Shown here: one piece after another, positions 36,169 through 48,896 of the stretch
How positions within the stretch are numbered: the first letter of the stretch is position 1
Layout: the number at the start of each line of letters is the position of its first letter
Origin: Macrostomum lignano
Lineage: Eukaryota
Direction of reading: 5' to 3'
Assembly: GCA_002269645.1 (NCBI GenBank)
Contig: NIVC01003798.1
Location: 1 to 64,000, forward strand
Length of the DNA stretch: 64,000 bases
The notes under the pieces: generated by a model
Databases searched by the model: none
What the model was told of the DNA's origin: nothing
What the model saw: the letters and a program-made list of their open reading frames with translations, nothing else
Made by a program: the position numbers and the translations under genes

Positions 36169-37107
36169 ATGTCCTCTGCGTTCAACTTAAGCACTCTAGC
36201 CGCCATGCAGGAGCAAAGAGTTGAGCAAGTGTCCGTGCACTTCTGGCGCTGCCAGTTGACCCGCGAGCAGCCGCGCTTTGAATGGCGCCCGGATGGGAAA
36301 CCGGAAAGTGAGCACGCGGTTAAGAATGGCAACGGAGTTGAGCCAAAACCCGATGAGCACTCTAAAAACGGCAAAGATCAGAAGCAGCAGTCGGACCACG
36401 CTCACGAGGAAGATGCGGACGACGAGACCGAGGGAGTGACGCGTCATCTGCTGCACGTGACTGGCTGCGTTCTGGCGCCCAAGGCCGCCGGTATTCACCT
36501 GGTCACCGTGCGCACGGGACCACCATCGTCGACCAAGAAGCAGCCAGCAGGGGCTGAAGAAGAGGCGGACGAGAAGCTGCTGACTGCGCTGAGCGGCACG
36601 CCGATTCTGTGCATCGACCCGGCCAGCCAGCGGACCCTGGCCCTGGGCCACGAGTTCGTGCTGGAGACCGGTGTACATGCGGCTGCCAGTGGCTTCGAAG
36701 AGGCTGCTGCCACGAGTCTGCCCGCGACGCCGTCGTCGTGCACGTTCGAACTAGCCGAAGGCGACGGGCCGGTGTGGCTAACCGGTACTCACCGGGTTCA
36801 CCGGGTGGTGTCGCTGATTGGCGGTGGCGACGAAGATGATGAGGAGGAGGAGGACGAAGAAGCAGAAGAGGAGGGCGAGGACGGTATGGCGGAGGAGGAA
36901 GAGGAAGACATCGACGAGGAAATGGAGGAGGATGTCGAGGAAGCAGAGGAAGAAGATGAGGAAGAGGAAGAAGAGAAGCCAAAGAAAAAGCCGGCTGCTT
37001 CAGCAAAATCAAAGGCGGCGACATCAAAAAAGCCGGCCGCCAAGCAGCAGAAGAAGCAGCCGACGGCGGCTCAACAGCGCCGCAAGCGGGTCAAGCCAGA
37101 CTCCTAA
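36169..37107 (+). CDS. Nucleoplasmin-like (NPL/NPM family) histone chaperone, intronless, 312 aa
   Basis: Core strands FWRCQL, HLLHVTGCVL and TFELAEGDGPVWLTGTH (cf. LKCGSGPVHISGQH), then a long Asp/Glu tract and a Lys/Arg-rich NLS-like tail. Confidence 0.88.
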   Translation: MSSAFNLSTLAAMQEQRVEQVSVHFWRCQLTREQPRFEWRPDGKPESEHAVKNGNGVEPKPDEHSKNGKDQKQQSDHAHEEDADDETEGVTRHLLHVTGCVLAPKAAGIHLVTVRTGPPSSTKKQPAGAEEEADEKLLTALSGTPILCIDPASQRTLALGHEFVLETGVHAAASGFEEAAATSLPATPSSCTFELAEGDGPVWLTGTHRVHRVVSLIGGGDEDDEEEEDEEAEEEGEDGMAEEEEEDIDEEMEEDVEEAEEEDEEEEEEKPKKKPAASAKSKAATSKKPAAKQQKKQPTAAQQRRKRVKPDS

Positions 37108-38368
37108 AGCTGCACGCACACGAACCTCAACAAGTCAATCAACGCTAAACTAACATGTAAAAGTACGCGGTTTATTCATGACGTGTAACCGACTGAAAAC
37201 TTTTTGCTTTAAATTAAAATTTTGTTTACCATTTAATTTTATACCTAAAATTATTTCTACTCCCTAAAAATATCGAATACATTTTTATTTCGAATTTCGA
37301 ATTTTCTTCTAAATTAGCAAGGTCAAGGACCACGCGAGGATGCTTACTTTTATGCTGTTAAAAAGTGAATTAATTTAACTATTTTTATGCAACACTTCAA
37401 AATTTATGTTTCGAAAAATAAAAATACGTGTGCTGTACAATTTGCAAATTTGCACTTCGACGCAATTATTCGACAAAAATAGGTAATGAATTATAATTAT
37501 GTTAAATTCTTGATTTTGCTTGCCTCATAAACACCCGGAGTCGAATATTAAATAGTTTATTGACAATTACATGCACCCAGCTTGAAGTAGCTTTGTCACT
37601 GACGTTGGAAAACGTATTTATTGAATATTTCAATTATGATACGATTCGGAATTCTTTAGTTTATTTGTAGGTATCTATTTGTAGTTCTTATAGTTTATTA
37701 ACAATTGTACTTTACAAGTAATTTATAAAATAGTAAGGAATGAATAAGGCTATCTTAAATACGTAATTTTTAGCTACAGCCACGTTTTTACTACTGCATT
37801 AAGCTACTATAATCTCTTAAACTAAACGCCTAACTATTAAATGGAATACATGCATTAGTTACAAGGAGAGCCTTCGTCGAGAGCATATCATACAGAAGAA
37901 AAAAGTCTTTTCTATTTTAAACAAAAGTATCTAATTTTACTGAAAAAAAATAAATTCACCCATCTTTCTTTTGACTATCTATAAGTAAGAATGTACATCT
38001 TACAAATGTATAATGTCCTTCCTTGAAATTCTACGTTAAAATTTACGTTGAAATCCTTGAAATTAATTAAGTCGTTGTATATTTTGAATAAAAAATTAAC
38101 ATAACAAATAAAATATTTATTGTAAATTTAATGTACTATAATGCACATGTGCAATTTTAAAATATTTATTTCTGTGCAAACGTTCTATGCTATATATATT
38201 TGTTAAAAGAATGAATTATCGTGCTGAGTTAATTTAACTTATAAATTTTCCGAGAAATACAGATTTTCTATCCGATATTATCTATAGCTACGTTTTAAAC
38301 AATACAATTATTGATAAGCTAAAATAAAGCAAAATACTTGTAGTAATACCTGGTATTTAAACCAATAA

Positions 38369-40165
38369 ATGGGATCCTCTGAGCAGCCAATTCTAACCGG
38401 CAATCTTGAAGTTCACGCAGGGCCTGGTTCGTGGATACAAGCCACGGTGAGCCTTTACAAGGAGGCTCTCGTTGTGAAACCACATAACTACTCGCTTAAA
38501 AATGAGTCCTTAGCTAACTCTGAAGGGCACCGGGTAACCACTATGTTGGACAATTTTTTGTTAAGTCACGAAGTTCAGAACGATTTTACAGCTCGTAGCA
38601 TTGACTACTTTGCTGAGGAATCTTCGAGCGAAATCAAGACTAAAAATGGTGAGTTTCTTCTGTGTTTGAAATTGTGACTTTTTCAATAAGCGACGCGACG
38701 GTATAAACTCCAATTTTAGCTGAAACAAAGTATCAGAAACGGCTGGTTCTGATAGACCGCGAGGATGGTGTCGGCCTGGGCCTTAGCATTAAGGGCGGTC
38801 GCGAGACTAACATGCCAGTCGTTATTAGTCGGATCTTTCCTGGGATGGCCGCTGATAAGTACGCATAATCATAATCATCAATATAGGTAATATCTCTCTA
38901 TTACCCCTCCACCATCCAACTAATACACCATTCGTCCCCTCAGAACCGGTACCCTGCAGGTGGGCGACGCCATTCTATCCGTAAACGACGAGGACCTGCG
39001 CTCGACCACGCACGACGAGGCCGTCCGATCATTGAAGCGAGCCTGCCGGAACAGCCGACGTCGCAACCGCGCCATCGAACTCGAGGTGAAGCTTCTCCAG
39101 ACGCTGCACCCGCCGCCGCCAGCGCTGCCGCCGACGACAGCAAAGCAGGCCGACGATGTCCAAATTCTGCCGCTTCGCCTCGCCCAACTGAGCCGCTTCG
39201 CCGATGGACCAGACGATTCGATGCGCTGCTTGGAGCTCCGTAGTCCAAGCGGTCGCCATCGATGCCACCTGCGCGCCCCCAGCGACGCTGGCGCCGACGC
39301 CTGGTTTCGTAGCGTTGAATCAGCGGTGGAAGCCCTGACCGACGACTGGGCGATCGCGGCGGCGGCGACAAGCGACAGGTCGGCGGGACCTCTCCGAGCC
39401 GGCTGGCTGAAGGAGCGGTTGGCAGCAGCCAGTCGCGTCAAAGGCCTGCCGGACTGGCGCTGGGTCTTCTGCCTGCTAGTCGAGGACCAGTTGCTCGTGT
39501 TCCCCGACGCCGCCGCGGCAGCTGACGCTGCGGCCGCAGTCAGTGTCGAAGGCCGTCTTGCTGACGCGGTTCTGCATCGGATTGACCTACTGTTCACCCG
39601 CCTGCTGCTCACGATTGCCGACGACGAAGACGGAGCAGCGCCGCGGCCGTTGCAGTTTTCCACCAGGACTGGCACCCCGCTCGGCGTCCGGACATTGAGC
39701 TTCACGGCCGAATCGGCCGCGAGTCTGGCCGGCTGGACGGCCGCCCTGTCCGAGGCCATCGCCGATGCCGCCTGCGGACAGGCGCTGACTCTGCCCTGCC
39801 GATTCGAGGGCAGCCGCTGCCGGCTGTTGTTGGACGCGGAGCTCGGCGGTTTGCGGATGTCGCTTCCAGGGGAGACCGACGACCAAGACGAAGGCGACGC
39901 CAGGCCTCTCTGGACGATGCCGTTCGAAGCTTTGAAATCGAGCTCGGACGACGGCGAACGGTTGCTCCGATTGGAGTTCGGCTGCTGCCTGGAAGATTCG
40001 ACATCGACTAGCGGCGGTGGCCGGTCAGCCGAGATCGACTTGGAGACGTGCCCGAAGCCACTGGTCTTCGCGCTGCACAACATGTTGGCAAATCGGGTGC
40101 TGGGGCGTCGGCGTAGAAGGCGACTTCGATGTCGGGGTTACAGCTTAGTCCCTGGCGGAAACTAG
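38369..40165 (+). CDS. Syntrophin (split PH1, PDZ, PH2, SU domain), 3 exons, 546 aa
   Basis: Exons 38369-38648, 38720-38858 and 38944-40165 (phases 1 and 2; total 1641 nt). PDZ: [66 protein letters not shown]...EIDLETCPKPLVFALH. Confidence 0.95.
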
Positions 40166-40304
40166 AGTCGGTGACGACTTGACTCGGAAGTTGACGAAAA
40201 ACTTTTTCTTAGAAAATGTGTTAAAAACAACGAGTTCTGTCTCCTATAATGACATCTTGTGGTGAACAGCTAAAGCATGTAGAAGGACACTTTGAAGGAT
40301 ATAT

Positions 40305-40497
40305 ATATGGCGTTATCATCAGATGCTGTGTAGTGATTATGGCCCCATCATCAGATGCCGTGTAGAGATTATGACGTCATCAACAGATGCTGTGCAAAGA
40401 TTATGACGTCATCATCAAATGCCGTGTAGAGATTATGACGTCATCAGATGCTGTGTAAAGAATAATGACGCCATCCTCAGATACTGTGTAGAGATCA
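40305..40497. repeat. ~33-bp degenerate minisatellite (CATCAGATGCTGTGTAGAGATTATGACG core)
   Basis: About 6 units. Confidence 0.85.
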
Positions 40498-41785
40498 GAA
40501 TTGATTTTACTGGCAAAGCAGATTGCCAAATAGTAATTATATAATAAATAAACTGATAACCTGCTGAGCTCAGAAACAGTAGATTGCATGTATACATGCG
40601 GGGATCCTACAATTATATGCTTGCTAAATGCAGCTAGCATGTTCGCATTAATTTGCATCGCAAATTCAAACTCTTTCGCGTTGTTCCTCGCCGATAAAGT
40701 TGCTGAGCGGATGGAGGGCAATGCAGCTCAGTCGAGCAAGGAAGAGAGAAATTTGCTTGCCAGGCACATCGAGTTTCCTCCCGATGGTAGCAAAGTAATC
40801 ATTTGCATAAACTGCTGCTGAGATGCGCGGCATTACCCATTTATGGCTGAGAATTAGTTGCTATGCCAGAAATGAATTGCAGTTCTACTATAGCTGCTTG
40901 ATGCGAACTTCATATCACTGATGCAAGGCGCAGCATATTATACAGATTTACGCGTAGAGTACATGGCAAATTTGACCGCTGCGTGTAGCAGCTTCGGTCT
41001 TGAATAAACTAAATTTGGATTAGGCTTTAATTTCCTTCGTGTTTATATGGGGGAACTTTATGATAATAACATGATATAAAATTGCAGCCAATCTCTTCGC
41101 CAGTCAGTCAGTCTGTCTGTCTTATATTCCCTGTCCGGCTGTCTTAGTGTCTGTCTGCCTGCCTGCTGTCTGTGTCTATCTATGACTGCCTGTCGATGAC
41201 TGTCTGTCCGTCTGTCTTAGTTTCTGTCTATCTCTCTGCCTGTATGTCTGTCTGTCTGTCTGTATGTCTGTCTGTGCGTTAGAGGGCAAAAAAGTTCCGC
41301 ATTGCAAGCGGAAGACTTTAACTGCACTGGCAATCAAGCTGAATACACACAGGTCCGACCCATCCAGTCGTCCTTATCCTCTAACTTAAGATTCGCAAAT
41401 AAGAAGATTAGCTCAAGCCGCAGGGCGCCCCTCCTCCAGCCTTGATTATCCAGTATCAACTAACCAACGTTGTTTAAGCAATCGGAAAAATTCACGGGCG
41501 CTAACCAATCTGCTGACTCCGCATTTATTGATGCGCTATTGAGCACAGTGAGTAATTAACACGGCCGCTCCAATGAGATCCCAGACTGTCAGTAAGCTGA
41601 AGATAAACACAATTCACTGTTTATATTGAATGAACAAAGGTTGCTTGTCGCAAAAGTTGCTCTATACAAAGCTTATATATATTTTATGTCGGATAATTTT
41701 GTGCTGAATAAAATATTAAGAAACATGATAAGAAAGCATTTTAATATGAAAGTACATCTGTTTGTGCTTTTGATAGCTATAGTGG

Positions 41786-41794
41786 CAGACAGAA

Positions 41795-41849
<55 letters not shown>

Positions 41850-41873
41850 AAGGCACACACACAGACAGTCTGT

Positions 41874-41911
<38 letters not shown>

Positions 41912-42015
41912 AAGACAGACAGACAGAAAGACACAGGCAGGCAGACAGACAGACAGACAGACACACAGACACACAGACAGACAGACAGACAAACACACAC
42001 ACACAGACAGTCTGT

Positions 42016-42081
<66 letters not shown>

Positions 42082-42181
42082 AAGACAGACACACAGACAG
42101 ACAGACACACACAGACAGACAGACAGACACACAGACAGACAGACAGACAGACACACACACACACACACACAGACAGTCTGT

Positions 42182-42223
<42 letters not shown>

Positions 42224-42370
42224 AAGACAGACAGACAGACAGACAGACAGAGACAGACAGACAGAAAGACAGACACACAGACAGACAGACAGACAGACAG
42301 ACAGAAAGACAGACACACAGACAGACAGACAGACAGAAAGACAGACACACAGACAGACAGACAGACAGAC

Positions 42371-42401
<31 letters not shown>

Positions 42402-42501
42402 CACACAGACAGACAGACAGACACACACACAGACAGTCTGTGACAGACAGACACACACACAGACAGTCTGTGACAGACAGACACACACACAGACAGTCTG
42501 T

Positions 42502-42545
<44 letters not shown>

Positions 42546-42629
42546 CACAGACAGACAGACAGACAGACAGAAAGACAGACACACAGACAGACAGTCTGTG
42601 ACAGACAGACACACACACAGACAGTCTGT

Positions 42630-42661
<32 letters not shown>

Positions 42662-42662
42662 C

Positions 42663-42697
<35 letters not shown>

Positions 42698-42702
42698 CAC
42701 AC

Positions 42703-42733
<31 letters not shown>

Positions 42734-42778
42734 CACACACACACACAGACAGACAGACAGACAGACAGACACACACAC

Positions 42779-42839
<61 letters not shown>

Positions 42840-42854
42840 AAGACAGACAGACAC

Positions 42855-42895
<41 letters not shown>

Positions 42896-42896
42896 A

Positions 42897-42957
<61 letters not shown>

Positions 42958-42968
42958 CACACACACAC

Positions 42969-42999
<31 letters not shown>

Positions 43000-43004
43000 C
43001 ACAC

Positions 43005-43043
<39 letters not shown>

Positions 43044-43054
43044 CACACACACAC

Positions 43055-43085
<31 letters not shown>

Positions 43086-43112
43086 CACACACACAGACAG
43101 ACAGACAGACAC

Positions 43113-43159
<47 letters not shown>

Positions 43160-43200
43160 CACACACACAGACAGACAGACAGACAGACAGACACACACAC

Positions 43201-43235
<35 letters not shown>

Positions 43236-43331
43236 CACACACACAGACAGACAGACAGACAGACACACACACACACAGACAGACAGATAGACACACACAC
43301 ACATAGACAGACAGACAGACAGACAGACAGA
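41786..43331. repeat. Compound (GACA)n/(CA)n microsatellite, ~1.5 kb
   Basis: Seen directly. Confidence 0.99.
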
Positions 43332-43909
43332 TGCAAATTCAAAGCTGATTCGATAGCAAAATACAACAAGCCAAAAGCTCTCAGGGCGCCATACAAACAG
43401 CAGAATTATAATTTAAAGAAGAAGCAAGCAATGCAAAAAGCAGCAATAGACACGAAGCACTGTATTTATATCACACCAGCCGCTGCAATTGTCTGATTAA
43501 AGTGGCGGCTACTGGCTGCAGCAGAACGCAGCTACAGTAGATGCATAATGAACACACAAGTTGAATAACTGCAACGCCAATCGAACGAAACAACAACAGA
43601 AAGGAATGTGTGTGCAGTGTGTGCTAAAATATTACTTCGAGTCCAATATAGAAAATTTGCTTTGTATAAAAACGGGAGCTTTCAATAGGCAAAAATTTTT
43701 TAAATAAAAAACTTTTTCCAGTTTAAATTACCAACAAGCATTGATTGTTAAAAGTCGGTAAGAAAAACATATAGTAAAATAAACTTTCGCATAACTATTA
43801 ACACATTATCTTGTTGCTTTTGTTAGGAGTCACACCAGACTACTTAAAGTAAAACAGCAAAGATATCGTTCTTCGTTTTTTAATACCTCAGTAACAGTTT
43901 AATATACGA

Positions 43910-44964
43910 ATCTGAGATATTCCCACATTAGAACCTAAGATATTCCCACAGTAGAATCTGAGATATTCCCACATTAGAATCTGAGATATTCCCACATTAG
44001 AATCTGAGATATTCCCACATTAGAATCTGAGATATTCCCACATTAGAATCTGAGATATTCCCACATTAGAATCTGAGATATTCCCACATTAGAATCTGAG
44101 ATATTCCCACATTAGAATCTGAGATATTCCCACATTAGAATCTGAGATATTCCCACATTAGAATCTGAGATATTCCCACATTAGAATCTGAGATATTCCC
44201 ACATTAGAATCTGAGATATTCTCACATTAGAATCTGAGATATTCCCACATTAGAATCTGAGATATTCCCACATTAGAATCTGAGATATTCCCACATTAGA
44301 ATCTGAGATATTCCCACATTAGAATCTGAGATATTCCCACATTAGAATCTGAGATATTCCCACATTAGAATCTGAGATATTCCCACATTAGAATCTGAGA
44401 TATTCCCACATTAGAATCTGAGATATTCCCACATTAGAATCTGAGATATTCCCACATTAGAATCTGAGATATTCCCACATTAGAATCTGAGATATTCCCA
44501 CATTAGAATCTGAGATATTCCCACATTAGAATCTGAGATATTCCCACATTAGAATCTGAGATATTCCCACATTAGAATCTGAGATATTCCCACATTAGAA
44601 TCTGAGATATTCCCACATTAGAATTCCCACATTAGAATCTGAGATATTCCCACATTAGAATCTGAGATATTCCCACATTAGAATCTGAGATATTCCCACA
44701 TTAGAATCTGAGATATTCCCACATTAGAATCTGAGATATTCCCACATTAGAATCTGAGATATTCCCACATTAGAATCTGAGATATTCCCACATTAGAATC
44801 TGAGATATTCCCACATTAGAATCTGAGATATTCCCACATTAGAATCTGAGATGTTCTCACATTAGAATCTGAGATATTCCCACATTAGAATCTGAGATAT
44901 TCCCACATTAGAATCCGAGATATTCCCACATTAGAATCTGAGATATTCTCACATTAGAATCTGA
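43910..44964. repeat. 23-bp minisatellite (TCTGAGATATTCCCACATTAGAA), just downstream of the SCAPER stop codon
   Basis: About 45 near-identical units. Confidence 0.98.
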
Positions 44965-45017
44965 ATTTGAAAAAAACTCATCATAGGTCGAAGTTCTCGA
45001 AACCGACTGCAAACCTG

Positions 45018-48000
45018 CTAACCATTAGCGAGTACTGGCACACCGGCAGTAATCTCGGCAGCAGTTCCAGCACTGCCACTATCACTACTGGCAGTAGCAC
45101 CGGCAGCAGCTGGAGCGCACAAAAAGTCTGAGTAGAATTGGCGAATTTCCCCAATTTGAGACTGAGGCACCGTCAGCTGCAGCACCCTGGCTGACTCGTC
45201 GACAGTCATCTGCTGGCCATCGTCAGCACCAGAGGCCGTCGCGATCGAGTCTAGAAAGGCTACAATCATTCTAGGCGACAGGTCCTCAGCCAGGATATTT
45301 AAATGCGGCAGATTGTGCAGCGTGCAGGCGATCACGGCAGGGAACAGAAGGCGCCGCAGGCTGGGCTCGGAGAAGTAGCGAAACGGCAGCCGGGCCAGCA
45401 GCTGCAGCACGGTCGGCGACGGCCCCGATTGGGCGCAGGCCTGACCGTCGGGACCACCGAGGCTGGCTACGGTGGCCAGGCAGTCTAGCAGAGGGTGCAG
45501 CAGCGACTCCGGCTGCGGACAGGCCTCCGGAGAGCGCAGCACGCTGGCGGCGATGTGACGGAGCTCCAAGCAGAGGACGTCGTCGGATAGGCAGCAGTTA
45601 GCGACCAGGTGGCGACCGCCGGCCAGCAGCAGTGAACGGAGCAGCCGAATGGCCGGGCCAACCAGACCCCAGTCGGGACTCGAACCCACCGGCGGCTGCA
45701 GCAGCAGCGAGTACAGCAGCGGGATCAGCGCCTGCGGGGCGAACGGACAACAATTTGCTTGATCCTGACCTTCAGTGTTACTTAGTGCTCACCCTTGACC
45801 TTTATTGTTACTTAGTGGGCATCCTTGATTTTTACTGTTACTTAGCGAAAGTCCTGACCTTTATTGTTACTTAGTGAAAACCCATGATCTTCATTGTGAC
45901 TTAGCGAGCACCCTTGACCTTCATTGTTACTTGGTGAACACCCCTGACCTTCATTGTTACTTGATGAACACCCCTGACCTTCATTGTTACTTAGTAAGCA
46001 CCCTTGACCTTTACTGTTACTTAGCGAACATCCTGATTTTCATTGTTACTTAGTGAGCACCCCTGACATTTATTGTTACTTAGTGGACAAGCCTGACCTT
46101 CACTGTTACTTAATGAACACCCCTCACTTTTATTGTTACTTTGCAAGCCCCCTCAACTTCATTGTTACTTAGTGGACACCCCCTTCTGTATATTTAGTGG
46201 ATGACCCTGACGTTTTCTGTTCCATAAGCCATCTAATCAACACCCAGCCGTCACACACAGTGAACCACCGGCAATACCTGAGTCAGTTGAGTCAGCAGCT
46301 CAGTATCGTGCAGCCCAGCCTCCAGCAGAGCCCGCATCATGCCGAGCGCGCCGGACAGTTGCTGGGGCGACTGCGGCTTCGCGCCGCTGGCAGCTTGCAG
46401 GAGGCCCGCCAGAGAGTCCATGGCGCCGGAGCACAACAGGTAGGCTAGCAGATCCTGCGGTCCCAGTCCAGAGACGGTCGGCTTCTCAGTTAGATTAGCC
46501 CTGGGCAGCTGGTGAAACAGCTGGGTAAGCACTGGCACCAAATTGTCTGGCAGTTTGCCGAGCAGATCCAGCAGTGCCGGAGCCCTACCGGACATTAGCA
46601 GGTACTTGGCGCACTGGGGGCTCCTGCAGAAGTTAGGAGTTTACTGCGGTGTCAATCACTTTGTTGCCCGGCTACTGGGATCTTGTCCAAATCATATTTA
46701 GATTAATCTCGCGTATATTAATCCCGTTGATTAAGGTTAAACTCAAACTTAATCAAGCAGACTCATCCTAACCGTAATCCTGATCATGCCAACGATAATC
46801 TCAATCATCCCAACCCTAATCCCACTTATCCCAACCCTAATCTCACTCATCCCAACCCTAATCCCACTCATCCCAACCCTAATCTCACTCATCCCAACCC
46901 TAATCTCACTCATCCCAACCCTAATCCCACTCATCTCAACCCTAATCCCACTCATCTCAACCCTAATCTCACTCATCTCAACCCTAATCCCACTCATCTC
47001 AACCCTAATCTCACTCATCTCAACCCTAATCTCACTCATCTCAACCCTAATCTCACTCATCCCAACCCTAATCTCACTCATCCCAACCCTAATCTCACTC
47101 ATCTCAACCCTAATCCCACTCATCCCAACCCTAATCCCACTCATCCCAACGATAATCTCACTCATCTCAACCCTAATCCCACTCATCCCAACCCTAATCC
47201 CACTCATCCCAACGATAATCACACTCATCCCAACGATAATCCTACTTATCCCGACCGTAATCCTAATCATCCTAAGAATAATCCCAAAAAATCCCAACCG
47301 TAATCTTAATCATGCCAACGATAATCCCACTCATCCCAACGATAACCCCACCCATTACAACGATAATCCCACTCATCCCAACGATAATCCCATTCATCCC
47401 AATGATAATCCCACTCATCCAAACGATAATCCCACTAATCCCAACGATAATCCCACTCATCCCAACGATAATCCCACTCATCCCAACGATAATCCCACTC
47501 ATCCCAACGATAATCCCAAGCATCCCAACAAAAATTCCAATCATTAGGATACCAACCTACTCAAACTCAATCGTAATTCTACTCATGCCAACTCTAGTCC
47601 GAGTCATCTCAAAGCCTTAATTCCCTAATCCCAACCAATTTACCTAGCCAGCTGGGCGCACAGCAGCTGCTGGCACAGTGCCAAACTTCTATCTGGCAAT
47701 CGCTGCTCCAGCAGCTGAGCCAGCGTGCCCGAGCCTTCAATCTCCGACCAAGACAAGCTCGCTGATGTCGACGCCGTCTGCGTCTGCTGCTGCTGTTTCA
47801 ACTGTTGCGAAGCCGATCGCAAGCCTTCGTTCAAAGCTCGATCAAGAGCTGCAGCCCGACTCGGAACCCAGCTAGCCGAGTTTGAGTTCGAATTCGAACT
47901 GGCCCCGACAGTCGGTCCCGCCGACAAAGTCAGCAAGCGGCGAATCTCTCGAAGCCATTTTGGCTGCGAATTCGAGGATTTCTGCTGCTGCTGCAGTTGC

Positions 48001-48537
48001 TGCTGGAACTCGCGAGATTTAGCCGAAAATTTCTGCCTCAAGCGTCTCGCTTTTTTGCGCATCGATTTTGCTCGCTCGCGCGCCTCCATCAGAATCGAAT
48101 CGACAACAGTCGACGAGTCGGCGCCGTCGCCGCTACCGCCGCCAGCGGCGCCGGCGCCAATTTTGACCGATTGATCAGTCAGGATTGGCGCCTCGATTAT
48201 GTGCGCCAAATTGTACGCGTCAGCGTCTTGGTCGGAGCCGCCCAGGCACAACAGGTGGGCTCGGGAGCGAAGGTGGGCCTTGAGTTCGACCTCCGACCGG
48301 ATGAGGGTGCGACAGGCCGAGCAGAACTGGGCGCGCGGGTACGGGCGGGCTGGCGGCGCCGAGGGCGACTCGTCACGGGCTGACGAATGGCGCAGAATGC
48401 TCAGGTCGAAGGCGCGGCGAGAGATCTCTGAGGAGTTTCGAAGGTCATTGGATAGATAGATAGATAGATAGACAGATAGATATATAGATAGATAGAGAGA
48501 TAGATAGATAGACAGATAGATAGATAGATAGATAGGC

Positions 48538-48623
<86 letters not shown>

Positions 48624-48679
48624 GCAGATAGATAGATAGATAGGCAGATAGATAGATAATATACATAGATAAATAGATG

Positions 48680-48711
<32 letters not shown>

Positions 48712-48730
48712 CATAGATAGATAGATAGGC

Positions 48731-48764
<34 letters not shown>

Positions 48765-48825
48765 GCAGATAGATAGATAAATAGATAGATAGATAGATAG
48801 ATAGGCAGATAGATAGATAGATAGG

Positions 48826-48896
<71 letters not shown>

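Noticed and set aside
15499-40165. Plakin, syntrophin and nucleoplasmin as a functional gene cluster
   Set aside because: Nothing in the sequence links them beyond adjacency. They are on different strands, and nucleoplasmin and SCAPER are functionally unrelated.
41626-43396. 500+ aa ORFs (CLSV/TDRQ), and similar IYLS, MLAIWG, CSLGD and IPLIPT ORFs elsewhere
   Set aside because: Translations of micro- and minisatellites that lack stops by periodicity. Most lie inside mapped introns.
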